Made by a program: the position numbers and the translations under genes. This document shows positions 13,155-25,521 of a stretch of DNA of 64,000 bases, one piece after another (the first letter of the stretch is position 1; the number at the start of each line of letters is the position of its first letter). The DNA comes from Balanoglossus misakiensis (Eukaryota; Animalia; Hemichordata), in the NCBI GenBank assembly GCA_040954595.2, contig CM082587.2, forward strand, positions 3,542,275-3,606,274. Reading direction: 5' to 3'. The notes under the pieces were generated by a model. It was given only the letters and a program-made list of their open reading frames with translations. It searched no databases and was not told where the DNA came from.

Positions 13155-15271
13155 ATGAAATACAGGAGGGTGGATTTTGCCATAGCTTTTGTGGTTGTCG
13201 TCTTTGCATATGTGCGATCCGAGAGCATGACGCATAGACCTGTTACCGTCTTGACCAACGAAACCCATCTGGATGTGCTTCTTGGGGACGAGGTCAGTGA
13301 AATGACATGAACGTGAACTGATTTTTGCACGGAAAAAGTCAGGTTCCTGGCACGTTTTCCAATTTTGGTGTGGCGCAGCGTTTCCCGAGCTCGCTCAATT
13401 AACTTTTCAGATATCTCGATTATAATGGCATAGCCGTAGCGTACGCACACACACCTGTTGCATTCCCAGGGTCCGATCTCAGCACATTGCTATGGTAATG
13501 GGCGTAAGATATACACACGCGTGTCACATATACATCAGCAAGAGATGTAATAATCTTATCGGAAAGTTTGTGACCGTTGATGGAACGCCATCTTTCAACA
13601 TTTTTCAACGATGTCCTCTCTTTTGTCAGAGTTATGATGTCCTGAACAAAACACACGTCAAACACAGACTAGAAAAACTTTTTAGAATAATGGACATAAA
13701 CAAGAATAATCGTGTTGAAAAGAGTGAGTATCATTAGTTTTACTTTAATCATGCATAGTTGAAGCTTCTACTATCTGTGATTAAATATGTAGGAAATATA
13801 CATAATTTTCAGTAGTATCAAAAATTGTAGCGTCTACCTGATGTTATCTTCTATAACAGAGGAACTGAAAAAGTGGGTCTACAAGTCTTTCCTCGCTGCC
13901 TTCGAGAAGGATTGCACCGTGAAGTTAAAATTTGCCGACACGGACGGGGATGGCAAACTCTCTTGGGACGAAACGAAGATTTTTACTTTTGGGGAACTTG
14001 AGGACGAAGATGATATGACATATGTAGATTATGAAAAGGTGTGTGTTTGAGCATGGAGGTAGTTTCATCAGCAAATATACTGCACAGGCGTGGCAGTTTT
14101 AGTTTCATTGGAGAATGCGACATCTATAGCTGCGATGGCCGAGTGGTTAAGGCGTTGGACTTGAAATCCAATGGGGTCTCCCCGCGTAGGTTCAAGTCCT
14201 GCTCGCAGCGACTTGTTTTTTTTTTATTATAACTTATTGTAACTTTGACAAAGCTGTATCAAATCACCCCTTCTTGAATTACGCAGGAAATCGAACATGA
14301 TGAACAGCGTTTTCACGCAGCGGACATCGACGGAGATGGTTGGTTGTCCCGTGACGAGTTCTTCGCGTATTTACATCCTGAAATGTACGATCATTTGCAG
14401 GTATGTCTACAAAAGGAGGTGTCATTGATATTTTAGCTTTTATATCACGAGTCATAGTAAAATTTTACTTGTTATTAGTTCGTTCGTTCTCATAGGCTCT
14501 TAAAATGAGAGAGAGAGAGAAGGGGGAGGGGCAAACATAGACAGTCCAACAGACAGGTAAACGGGCCGAGGTTATACACAACCCTTTCTCATAGAAGTTG
14601 GACATTTCTTGTTCAAAGGAATTCATAACTTGGAAGTTTTTTGAAGATTTCGACCGAGATGGCGACGGGAGTGTAACCCAGTCGGAATACATCGGACCCA
14701 ATCCGTGGCCGGACGAAGAAGACGAAGATGAAGAAGGCGAAGGCGCGTGTTCCGTATATTACCTGTTTCCGTTTATATATCTCGGTTTCAATTTTTGATG
14801 TCCATATACTATATTCTCAGATCGTCATATTGTGACGTCACATTCCACTGCCGCAGCTGCTGAAAGATGTTTTATTTCACAGAACCAAAATGGGTTGCTG
14901 GTGCCATCGAAAGATTTCAAATGATTGACAGCAATGGTGATGGCGAGTTAGACGTTCCCGAAGTATTGGACGTCATGTTACCAAATTTGCATCTTTCGGC
15001 AGCCTATGGGGTAAGCCAACAGAAAAACATTGCCAATCTCCAGTGCGATCGTGTTTGCAGACCCCCCGGTGATGTGTATCGCCAGAGTGGACTCTGTAAT
15101 CCCTTTTTTCATGACTTGATTTCGAAGGCAAAGCTGATCATGGAGGAGGCAGACGACAATGGCGACGGAAAGCTGAGCCTCAAAGAAATGAAGACACACT
15201 ACAAAGCATTCCTCAAAAACGAAGAGGTTGATTTCAACGGTCAGATCAGAAGAATCAGAGACGAACTCTGA
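13155..15271 (+). CDS. CREC-family (calumenin/reticulocalbin-like) ER-luminal EF-hand protein, ~306 aa
   Basis: Exons 13155-13292, 13630-13723, 13860-14038, 14287-14400, 14619-14742, 14883-15010 and 15128-15271. Signal peptide, six EF-hand loops (e.g. DTDGDGKLSWDE, DIDGDGWLSRDE, DRDGDGSVTQSE), the family-typical YLHPE, and C-terminal RDEL retention signal. Exact orthologue (CALU vs RCN) not resolvable. Confidence 0.9.
14129..14210 (+). tRNA. tRNA-Ser (anticodon TGA), intronic and sense to the CREC gene
   Basis: 82 nt. Acceptor stem GCTGCGA/TCGCAGC, A-box TGGCCGAGTGG, anticodon arm TTGGA-CTTGAAA-TCCAA, long variable arm GGGGTCTCCCC, B-box GGTTCAAGTCC, discriminator G. Confidence 0.97.
14216..14225 (+). 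terminator. RNA polymerase III terminator (T10)
   Basis: Oligo-dT starting 5 nt after the tRNA 3' end. Confidence 0.85.
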
Positions 15272-15465
15272 CCTTATAGTGGCTAAAACGTGCAAAACCA
15301 AAACGTGCTGCTGGCATTTGGTTCTGTTGCTATGTGCAGACGTTCCCATGGATACCTGAAAACTGGACATCGGAAAGACGAGCACGTACCACTCCCTTAC
15401 AGGCCGATGTTCTACTTCAAAATGTGACAGTAATTCTGATACTCTGAAGTCAGTCCCAGCACATC

Positions 15466-15512
15466 AATAAAACACACAGACACCAAATTAATAGTTTTCA
15501 TACATTTTTATT
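15466..15512. terminator. Facing polyadenylation signals: AATAAA (+, 15466-15471) and AATAAA (-, 15507-15512)
   Basis: Canonical hexamers downstream of the convergent CREC and FKBP15 stop codons. Confidence 0.6.
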
Positions 15513-15952
15513 TCTTTTCTGCGTACTTTTCTTTGAAAGCGGAATTACTTAATTGAAATCTGAAACTATTTTTTTCTTAAAAATACTTTCTAATCTGAAA
15601 ATTCCACACTGTCCCAAAATGCATGCTGTCACCGCAGACATGTAAATCACACATTTGATTGCGGAAAGATTGTCACTGTAACTGAAATGACCCACAGCCT
15701 TTGGCATTCTCAGTTGTCAGTTGATAACCCGAGCTAATAATATATCCATTACATATGAATGTCATTTAATTTGTACACCAATTGTATTTCATGGTGTTAC
15801 CAATCTATTGGCCATTACGCCAACCATTAAGTAAAAATGATACCATAATTTAGTTCTCATAATCTCCTTCACAGCATTTCATTACACATTCCACAAAAAA
15901 ATTCTGAATAATATTACAAAAAAGTTCGACCTCTACAGATGACCTTTGACCT

Positions 15953-18900
15953 TCAACTTAACCAGTCCAAATCGTCGTCATCATCCTCATCTGGGAACAG
16001 AGGGGGAGGAGGTCTTGGTTTGGTTACCTGGGCAACAGAGATGAAGAGGAAAGGGTGTAAAGTTCACACAGGAGTCCAAATTGTTAAATTTGCATTGTAC
16101 CAGCCATGACGGCAAAATGATGCAAAACAATGAGGTCATAATGGTCAGAGTTCAAAGGGTTATCACGATTGCCAACTAAAAAAAACAACCATCATAAACT
16201 GATTATCCTTCACCAATCACTAGATTGAAATCTCAAACACTCACATCTTCATCACTAGATTCATCGGTTTTAGACTTTTTCTTTTTATCTTTATCTTCTG
16301 TGACGTCACCTCCATCTTCCTCTTCTCTTTTTGTAAATTCTGGTCCGAATGTATCCTCCACGGTGTTGTCTGCATCGCCAAACAGGTCTAGGCCACTGCT
16401 GAAGGGTGAAGAAAGAAGAGGGTTAGTGATGGTGACAAGGAATGAGAGGTGGACTGTTAGGAAAGATGTGAAAGGAATTGCATATTAAATATACAGCCGC
16501 ACCTCAGACATGACAGAAGTCAGTCTACGAAATTTACCTTTTATCTTCTTTGTCTTCACCCTCCGCGGCGTCTGCACCTGACTCTCGTGCAGTGCTGGTC
16601 TCTTCTGCTTCGTTTTTCTCGTTCTCAGTAGCATCAGTTGCACCATCTTTTACATCATCATCATTGTCATTGTCGTCCTGCGCAGCCGATGGCAACTCCG
16701 TGCTGACCTGATCAGATTCCGGAAGCTGGGCGTTGTTCTCTTCCTGCGAATTCACATCTTCCGACTTTTCCTCTCTTTGCTCTGGTTGCTCGCTCTGCGA
16801 CTCCGAATCTTCCACCTGAGAATCTATCAATCAAGGTCATGGGACTATCAATTAAGGGCATGAGTCAAGAGTCAATCTCACAAACGGACATGCCTTGCAT
16901 CGAAGTCATGACAATGTGCATTTGGCAACATACTATATTTATACACAAAAAACACATGGTTTTAATACCTACCATTTACAGCTGGAGAAGGCATCACTTT
17001 ATTATCTTCCTCTGGTTCTGGAGATTCCTCAACAGCATCGGTGTCTGCACTAACTGCCACTGTCGCTCCTCCATCAGCTTCTGCATTTGTGTCCATGGCA
17101 ACCCCTTCATCAGCTTCTACATTTGCATCCATGGCAACCCCTGCATCAGCTTCAGCGCTTGTATCCATGGATACGCCTCCATCAGCTTCAGCACCTGCAT
17201 CCGCAGCAAGGCCCGCATCTGCTTCAGCACTGGTATCCATGGTTACATCAGCATCGGCTTCAGTGCTGGTTGCAGCTGCTGTATTAGTGTCGTCCGCTTC
17301 AGCACTGGTTCCCTTGGCGACAGCCGCATCCTCCTCGCCGCCTCCCTCGGCTTCTGCATCCTCTGGCTCCTCCTGTTCCTCCCCACTTTTCTCAATGCCC
17401 TCTGGGACACTCTCTGACTCAGGTTTGGACTCTTCCACTTCTTCAACAGGGGGTGGTGGGGGCGGGGCTGAGGGTGGCCCAGTGTCAGGGCGACTCCCAA
17501 CATGTAGGGCCTCCTCTGTTCAGCAAAAAACAACGGCAACAGTCACATTGACATGTAAGCAATACTTTCAGTTCAGTGTATTGGGCAAGCTATTTTGTTC
17601 GTCAAAATGCATCATAGTCATCAAAGACTCATCTATTTTCTGTAACAATGTAATGATCATACATGCCAAGACTTAGAGAAGACAATCATCTTGTCCAGTC
17701 ACACATACCCATCTTGGTGTCTTCTTCTGGAGCATCTTCTTCCCCATCTTCACTTTCATCCTCTGATTCCGATTCCTCACTCTCCTCCTCCTCTTCTTCG
17801 TCTTCACTGTCTTTCTTTCCACCTTGATCCATCAATCGCAGCGTGACGGCCTGTGCCACAAAAATCATTCAAAACTCTTGGTAATGCTTAGCGTGAGTGC
17901 TTTTTCCATATACAGTTATACATGTAAAATACCACAAATTAAACAAAGTTAGCATTCAAAGATTGCTTCCACTACAAAAGCAAGGGGCAATTTACCTTGA
18001 TTGTGTTCATCATTGTTGCAAGCACTTCAGTACCGGTGTAACTCTGACCAGCTTCAAATTCACTCCTCAATGAATAGTACACATTATTCATTATTTTCTT
18101 TACCTGAAACAGACACATACAAAATTAGGATCCTTTGGATAACCTTATGTGAGCTATGCTTTATTGTCTGACTACTCAGTGTGTTTCAGAGAGCAGACAG
18201 TGTACTATTAAAGATACCAGGGATGCATTCATGAGCAGTCAGTCTTACATAGGAGAAAAGTAACGAGGCCTAAAAGGGGGGACCTGTGACTTTCTGCATT
18301 CATACCTCCTCAATGAGCTGTTCCCGTGAGTATTCACCACCCCCACTGCTGCTGGCTGCGGCCGGTGCTGCTGTGGCTGCCGCTGCAGCAGCTGCAGTGC
18401 TGGCTGCAGATAAACTCTCCGTGAGTTGCTGTATCCTGCTTTCGTATCGTTCCTTTGAGCTGTTGGTGGTCCTCTGTAAGCTTTCAAACTGTGGAAGGAA
18501 GAAGCAATAGTCAGTGACGGCAGACAGACCTACAGACACATGGGCAGGCAGACACAGACAGAAACCACCACAGATAGTGCAGTGCTCACCTTATCTTTCC
18601 ACTCCTTGGCCTCCTCCAACTCATCTCTCAGTCGTTCTGTCAGTTTGCCTTCTTCACCGTGCGATGACTTCAGAGCTGCACACTACAGTAATGATAGATT
18701 GATGACATCAAAGTAAGTTTATACAAAGCATCACTGGCACGCTCATCTTGGGCAGTTCAAATCAACATTTTTTCGGATCATCTTATTTACCTTATCTTCC
18801 ATGGCAGCCAGTTTTCTAGAAATCTCCTCTTTTTCCTCTGATAATTCGTCGTAAGCTCGCCGGTGTTTATCATTTGCCTGTGCCAAAAGTCTGTCACACT

Positions 18901-21900
18901 TCTCTTTCCACTGGCTCTCCAGTTCTCTCTCTAGTTGCGACACCTAGAGACCATGCATAGAGACACCGTTGCTTTAGTAGGATATCAGACACACATACCG
19001 GTGTGTCTTCCATTGCTGACAAGATGTTATTTACATATCGCAGAATGGTTGGCAAATCTCTATGCAAGAAGGGAGACAAAGTTTGTACCTGTTCTGCTGC
19101 AGCTGCATCGGTTGAAGATTTCTGGTGGCGTATCTTTGACTTCAAGTTCTCAATCTCTTCCTGGCGAGAAAATAAATTTCCAAAACAGGTGATGAGTAAA
19201 TACCAATCGGTTGTTGTTGTAAAATTTCAAAAAAGTAGAACAAAACACCAGTCATCATCAAATTTTCGGGGGGATGTTACTATGTGCATGCTCTAGTCGA
19301 CATCAATTGCTGCAAAGCACAACTACTGGAATGTACATGTTGTGGGAGTACCTCCAGCCTGCCCCTGAGTGTGCAGACAGACAGTTGATATTATTGCAAA
19401 CTTCAGGAAGTTAGGGTTGTCACGGTAACATGAAATTCATAATCATAACTTTCTTAAAAAGTGAGAATATCTGTTTTTTTTTTCTAAACTACTTCAAAGC
19501 GAAAGCAATCAACCAGAAGAGTATTATCATTGTTTCCGGTTGATTGATTTCACTTGTACTTTTCTAAGAGTGTCGCTTCGAAGTTAGGGTTTCAGGAAAG
19601 AGCAAGGGCAATGCATGCTGGGTTGGGCACACTCATTTTAACACACAACAATACAGTGCAAACTGCAAAATAAACGCAGATGGGAATGATTTAAGGAGTG
19701 ATGTGGTGTAGGAGAGAGAATGGAAAATGACGGTGGTACCTGAGATTTGCCTGTGACAGGGGCAGACTGAATGCACCAAATGAGGAAAGAAAACAAACAA
19801 ACAAACATAAGAACTGCTGCAGTTAGCATTTGTATACAACAATGACGCATTTAGCAGCATTGTCTTATTTAAGTTAGTCAGAAAATAAGTAGAGAGACAA
19901 AGTAGGCTCAGAATAATCCTTTTATTGATTTCAGTAAAAAATATCCTTTAATTTACGATTTTCTGTTTGATATGGATAGCTGTCTATGTTGTTAGGTGCA
20001 TAGAAACATAATGAAAGAGATACAAGCAAACTGGTATTTTCAAACTATCAGATGTCTGGCATTTCATACTGATTTTCACCAAAAATTATATGACATGGAC
20101 CAAAAACATTGAGATGTTCAAAAGCTGACGTGAATTTGAGCGCATTTTATAGCTGGCAAAGGAACTTAAGCCAATCACAGCCAAGATGTCACTGACACTG
20201 ACCAATCACATACCTCAAACGTTCTCTTCATTTCCTCCATTTCTTCCTCGGCCTTCTTCTTCTCGGCCATGGCTTTCTTCTTTCTGTCTGCCAAGTTCTG
20301 AAAACACAAAGTAATGGTGCACACATCAAGTGTTTGCTCAGTAGAATTTACCCCCGCGACACCGAGAGATTTATGACATTTTACCAGTAAGACAGGGGGT
20401 AGAAATGCCACACTCTTACCTTTTCCAGGGAGTCTTTTTCAGCTTTGAGATCAATCAATTCTTCTTCAAGATTTTCAAGTCTGCTCTTGTGTTTTTTCGC
20501 TTCTAACTTCTCTTCCTTCAACGAATTACTTAATTTTTCTATCTTGGTTTCACATTCTGCAAAACGAAGCCGACGACAAAATAGTTAGATAATTCTTTTG
20601 AGAAAACTCACAGACCTAAAACACTCCCAATCAATTTCCCCTCTCCCAAGGCATATATAATGAGAACCCAATTTCAATTTTCAGAGAATCTCACCAAACT
20701 TGGCACTCTTCAAAACATGTACTTCTTCCGAGCTCTGCTGCGAGGTTGCCATGGTATTCTGTAGCTGCAGTTTGAGTTCACTTTCCTTCTGTTTGAAATT
20801 GGCGATCTCTAACTGCATCGTACTGATTCTGGAGGTTGCAGCACTCAGTTCAGTGGTTAAGTTGACCTTTTCCTGTTCAAGTTCCAGTACCCTAGCTTGC
20901 GATTGTGCTGTGGTGTATTTGAAGGAATCATTTCTCTGTTCCAACATTACATTGCTTTGCTCAACAAACCTGGTCAAAAAAGTAAATGTACATCATCAGT
21001 GCTATGAACCTTTTTGGCTAAATAAATGTATCTCTTTTTACTGATACATGTAATAAATACACAATTAACTCACTGTTGATTCCTCTGAAGTAACTCTGAA
21101 ATTTTTTCATTCTGAACTTCGATTCTGGAGCTCTTCTCAAAGCATTCTTTCCGCAGTCGTTCGTTTTCTTGAACTATCCTCTGAATATTCTGTATAACGG
21201 CACCCGTTTCCATCTTGGTGTCTTGGCCAGCAATGGTCAAGCTTTGACTGCTCTGTATATGCATGTGGTCGATCTGAAACGTGTATCACAAGATGGCGTT
21301 GGAATTTTTTACTATCTTTATAAGGTGCTACTTGTGGTGCATATAGTCAGGTTGTCCATTTCCATAGCAACAGCTGAAGGTTTGTTTAGGTTACGTGTCC
21401 AATGCCTGTCTTACAATCTTCCCTACCTTAGCTGAGAGGGTGTCGAGCTTATCAGTAACTTTGCCGATGGCAAGACGTATCTCCGTCTGTTGCTGCCTGG
21501 TCTCCGAGAGTAACACCGGTGTCGTCATGTCACTAACAGCCGTCTGCTGCGGCTGGGGTTGGGGCTGGGGGTATATTGCACCGTATTGGGAGACTGGGGG
21601 CATCTGCTGCATTGGCGGCTGTCCGAACATCTGAGTTGGGGTCCCTGAGTATTGCTACGATAGAAAGCAAAGTACGGTAATTCTGGCATTGTAGAAACCT
21701 CCAAAATCAGCCATTAAAATTTTTGCACATACTTTAGACCACACAGAGTAAGCAGTACATTGCAATACTCACAGGGAATGGAGCTTGTGGCTGCTGCATT
21801 TGAGATGGTTGTATCTGTGGTTGTGATTGATATAAGGCAAGTTGCTGTTGTGGGGGCACTGTGAAAAAAAATTAATACCCATGCATTAAAGGGATACAAT

Positions 21901-24900
21901 CTCTGATTTACATACATCCGTATATATGACGGGCTGAATGGAATCGTTTGCAAGAATAGTGCTCGCGCTACCATACCTTGCGTCATTGGCTGAGATTGCA
22001 TGAACGGTTGACCATAGGGCGGTGCTGTCTGCAACTGTGGCTGCAGTGTTGGCTGTGCTTGCTGCGTAGGTGGTTGTTGAACTGACTGTGGTTGTTGCTG
22101 TCGTTGCTGCTGCTGCTGTTGTTGTTGCTGTAGTTCTGGCTTTGGAGCAATTGTTGGATGTGGACTGGCTGGTGCCTGACCACCTGATGCTGCAGCACTT
22201 GCATCCTATAGATGGTAAACATATAAACCGAACTCACCGACAACTGTCTTATTGTATAAAATCTGTCTGGTTAATACTTGAACTTTGAGTGACTTTTTGT
22301 GACAAAATTATTCACTTCACTGAGATGGTAGTTGAATGAGTAACTGTATCAAGTTATATTAACCTCAGCTTCTGAGTCAGTGCTGTCTGGTTGTGCTGCT
22401 GTGGCTCCCATCATTGGTAACATTGGTTGTCCCATTTTGGCCATTCTGGATATCAACTTGGCTTTCGTCTCACTGGGATTCTGGTGAAATAATAAATTAT
22501 TATCCTTTAGGCAGCAAATTAGATCAAAATGGTAAAGTGGTTTACAATTCCACCACAGGCAGCTTAGTGTGAAATTCTAAAACCCGGCTTGGAGCAAACC
22601 TGTTTGAAGGATTTTTCAACTTACCACTGTCAGTTGCTCATTCAGCGACTGGGTTCTGGACCTGACGCCTGATTCACTGAAACAGAAATGAAATAATTCA
22701 TCACGGCTTTGAATTCAACGAGACACACAAACAATAGATCTGTGTTGTGTACACTATGCCTGACATGAGTCAGTACATGTATGTCTCTTTGGTAATTTCT
22801 CTGTACACACTGACTGACCTTGAGGAATCTGCCTGGGCAGAGTCTTCTGGTGTTGGGGTGCCAGCAATGGATGAAGATGTAGATGACAGTGAAGTTTTAT
22901 CCTCTCTCTCCTTGGAGAACTTCACCTGCAGAGCAAACACAAATACAAATACAAACAATAACACAAAAACAGGAAACATGAGTGTCAATCAAATGCTTGA
23001 GTTCAACACCAAACGAAACTTTGACCAACCTTTTTAATTTCAATGTCAAATATCAGAGTAGAATTTGGTGGCACCCTATCTCCCATTCCTTTGCTTCCAT
23101 ATGCAAAGGCTGGTGGAATGATGAGTAACCGCCGGCCTCCTTTCTTCATTCCCACAATGCCTTCATCCCATCCCTGTTGAGAGATGGAAATACATGTGGA
23201 TTATTGTATGTGCAAGGATTGCAACTCAAATACCTGAATTGTGTATGTAGTTGGAGAAACTCACACTCATTCATCAAATCATTGGGAGGGGGGCATTTCT
23301 CCTTACCTTTATAACCTTGCCTTTGCCAAGTTTACATCTGAAGGCTTTGTCTGCATTGGCATTACTGTCGAAAACCTGACAACACAACAAACAGATTGAG
23401 AACATCTTTGTTTTACAACTGTATACCAGAGAAAAATTATTAAAATTTAAGAGCAATTTATATCGATGCATTACCTGCAAATTTAAAGTTACCTTTCCGA
23501 ATGTATTATTAGTGTAGAGCCATCCTGTATATTTGACTTCAATAGAGTCACCTGACTCCAAAGCTTGACTGTCCCCTAATGCTAAGTCTTGCTGTAAAAC
23601 TGTGCTGATATTACCGCCGGCAGAATTGATTTTGGCCAATGCAATCTGTTGACGAAAAACACAGAATTATACATAGATTTATTTGAGACGTGTATGAATG
23701 CTCAATGTGAATTACAGTCATACATTATTCATCACAGCCATTGAGACAAAAGACGTAAGAAGCATACCTGCTTTGAAAAGTCAATGACATTTTGATCTGT
23801 GTCAAAGAGAAGTGACCAGCCCTGTCTGTGATCATCGTAAAAAGTGGCGTACTTATTTGACTGAATCTGTAAGGAAAAAGTAGAAAGTCACAATGTTGAC
23901 CATTTGATGGGGATAGAATGATTTGTATCATAATCACGAAGCAAGATAATTACTGCATTACAATTATTGCAGCAGCATTTAAGAAACCAACTCACCACAA
24001 AATTAAACGAGGCAGTGATCTTTGCTGCGGCTACTTGTTGTTGTTTACCTGCGTACAGTAAAATTCGATACTGGAAAAAAAACAGGAAAAAAAAGGTTAC
24101 ACACTGTACATTTTGGAATTAGTTAGTCAATATTCTTGAACTAGCATCTGTAATTTTGGCTGACAAAAATTTATTTCAAAAGTAGAATATTTTATACCTC
24201 ATTTGTTTGTTGGGTATGAAGTAATGCTGCTCCAAGTTTTCCTTGTGTGTTGTATTGTCCATTCACACTAAGGTGGAAATGAAAGAAAGACAACAAAGAA
24301 TTAATGGAGACCATCCCCAGACACACACATACCACTGAAATATATGGACTAGAATACCACATCAAGATTGACCAAAAATCTGAATTCAAAAGATGTTGTG
24401 TTGGAAAGATCTGAATTGAAAACACTGGAAAACACCACAAATTCTTAATTTTGTAAAAACAACTACAAATAAACTTTGTTTTATTTTAACTTACTATTTG
24501 AAGGCCTGGACAACTGTAGCATGAACAACTTGGGGTGTGACAGTTTGATCACCTGAAACACACAAACAAACAAACAAAAAGGGAAGAGTTTGTAAATATA
24601 GCTGCAGTTAACCAAAATGACTGAGTCATACAAGCAGTAAAGGTCACGTCAAGGTCATGGCAGCTTAATGTCACTGGTATCATCTTGTGACAAGTCACAG
24701 GACAACTAGCTCACCTTTCACTTGTTGTTTTCTTGGTTGCTTAGGAGCTGTATACGTCAACGATTCATTGCCACCCTTGGTATTTTCATGGTCCATTCCA
24801 AAGATAGAACCAAGCTTCGAGCTTAGATTAAAAAGGAGCAATAATAAACAACATTATGAACATTCCCGATTTCTTGAAACACCTCTCACTGAGAAAAGTC

Positions 24901-25521
24901 TAAACTTTTTCTCAACTGATTTTGGGATGGATTCATCCATGGTTGGTGAAGTATGGATCATCCTATTCCAAGCATAGTTGGGTAGGACTAGGAGGTCACG
25001 CCCCTCTCTGATGATCATCAGTGGAAGTGCTCAGATAGCTATGTGGCAGGGATGTTCACGCTTGATCAGGGACGAGGTTACAACAGTGGAACTTAAGTAT
25101 TCCCGTAAATCGTGTCACTTGTGTCTTCTTGGGCGATACTATTTGGGAATCTATTAAGATTTTGGGTGTACACCAGTACCCGGCATCTCAGGTCAGAAGG
25201 GGGCGTGTCTGGTTTTCAGACGTCACGACATTTAGCCGAAATTCTTCATTGTATCGGTGATACAGTACCTAGCAAACTTTTCACTCGAGCGGAGCAGAAG
25301 GAATACATATGTTTTGTGGACGATCGGTTCCTGGAACCTAAGCGATCGCTCACCAGGAAGCGGGTCAAATTTCCAGAAACCCATCATCATGTCATCAACA
25401 TCACCGATGCATCATATCGGATGTTTTTTTTGTTTTTACGACGATCGGTGAAGAACAATGAGTCTTACCTTCCCTCTCCTGACAGGAATTCGCCATCGTC
25501 ATCATCTCCCCCGAAGAACAT
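15953..25521 (-). CDS. FKBP15: FK506-binding protein 15 (WAFL), multi-exon
   Basis: Start [12 protein letters not shown] then [13 protein letters not shown] domain [39 protein letters not shown]. Long coiled coil ([33 protein letters not shown]), acidic tail, and C-terminus [19 protein letters not shown], as in vertebrate FKBP15. Confidence 0.93.
17036..17312 (-). repeat. Coding 36-nt (12-aa) minisatellite in the FKBP15 acidic tail, 7 EAD units
   Basis: Units such as [48 protein letters not shown] and [12 protein letters not shown]. Confidence 0.9.
19740..19766 (-). other. Candidate 27-nt microexon of FKBP15 (SAPVTGKSQ)
   Basis: GCTAAC branch point, long pyrimidine tract, tggTGCattcAG acceptor and CAG|gtacca donor. 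Phase 0-0, like the flanking exons. Confidence 0.6.

Noticed and set aside
14129-14210. Selenocysteine or opal-suppressor tRNA
   Set aside because: The anticodon is TGA (reads UCA, Ser), not TCA, with a normal 7-bp acceptor stem.
17041-17676. 211-aa Ala/Ser-rich + strand ORF and overlapping ORFs
   Set aside because: Antisense shadow of the FKBP15 repeat exon.
19352-19364. 13-nt coding microexon in FKBP15
   Set aside because: It is not a multiple of 3 alone or with the 27-nt exon and has a weak donor; kept only as a possible poison exon.
19407-19591. Telomerase RNA, because AACCCTAAC occurs twice on the - strand near hairpins
   Set aside because: I could not identify a template-adjacent pseudoknot or H/ACA domain, and the duplicated motif fits a repeat element better.
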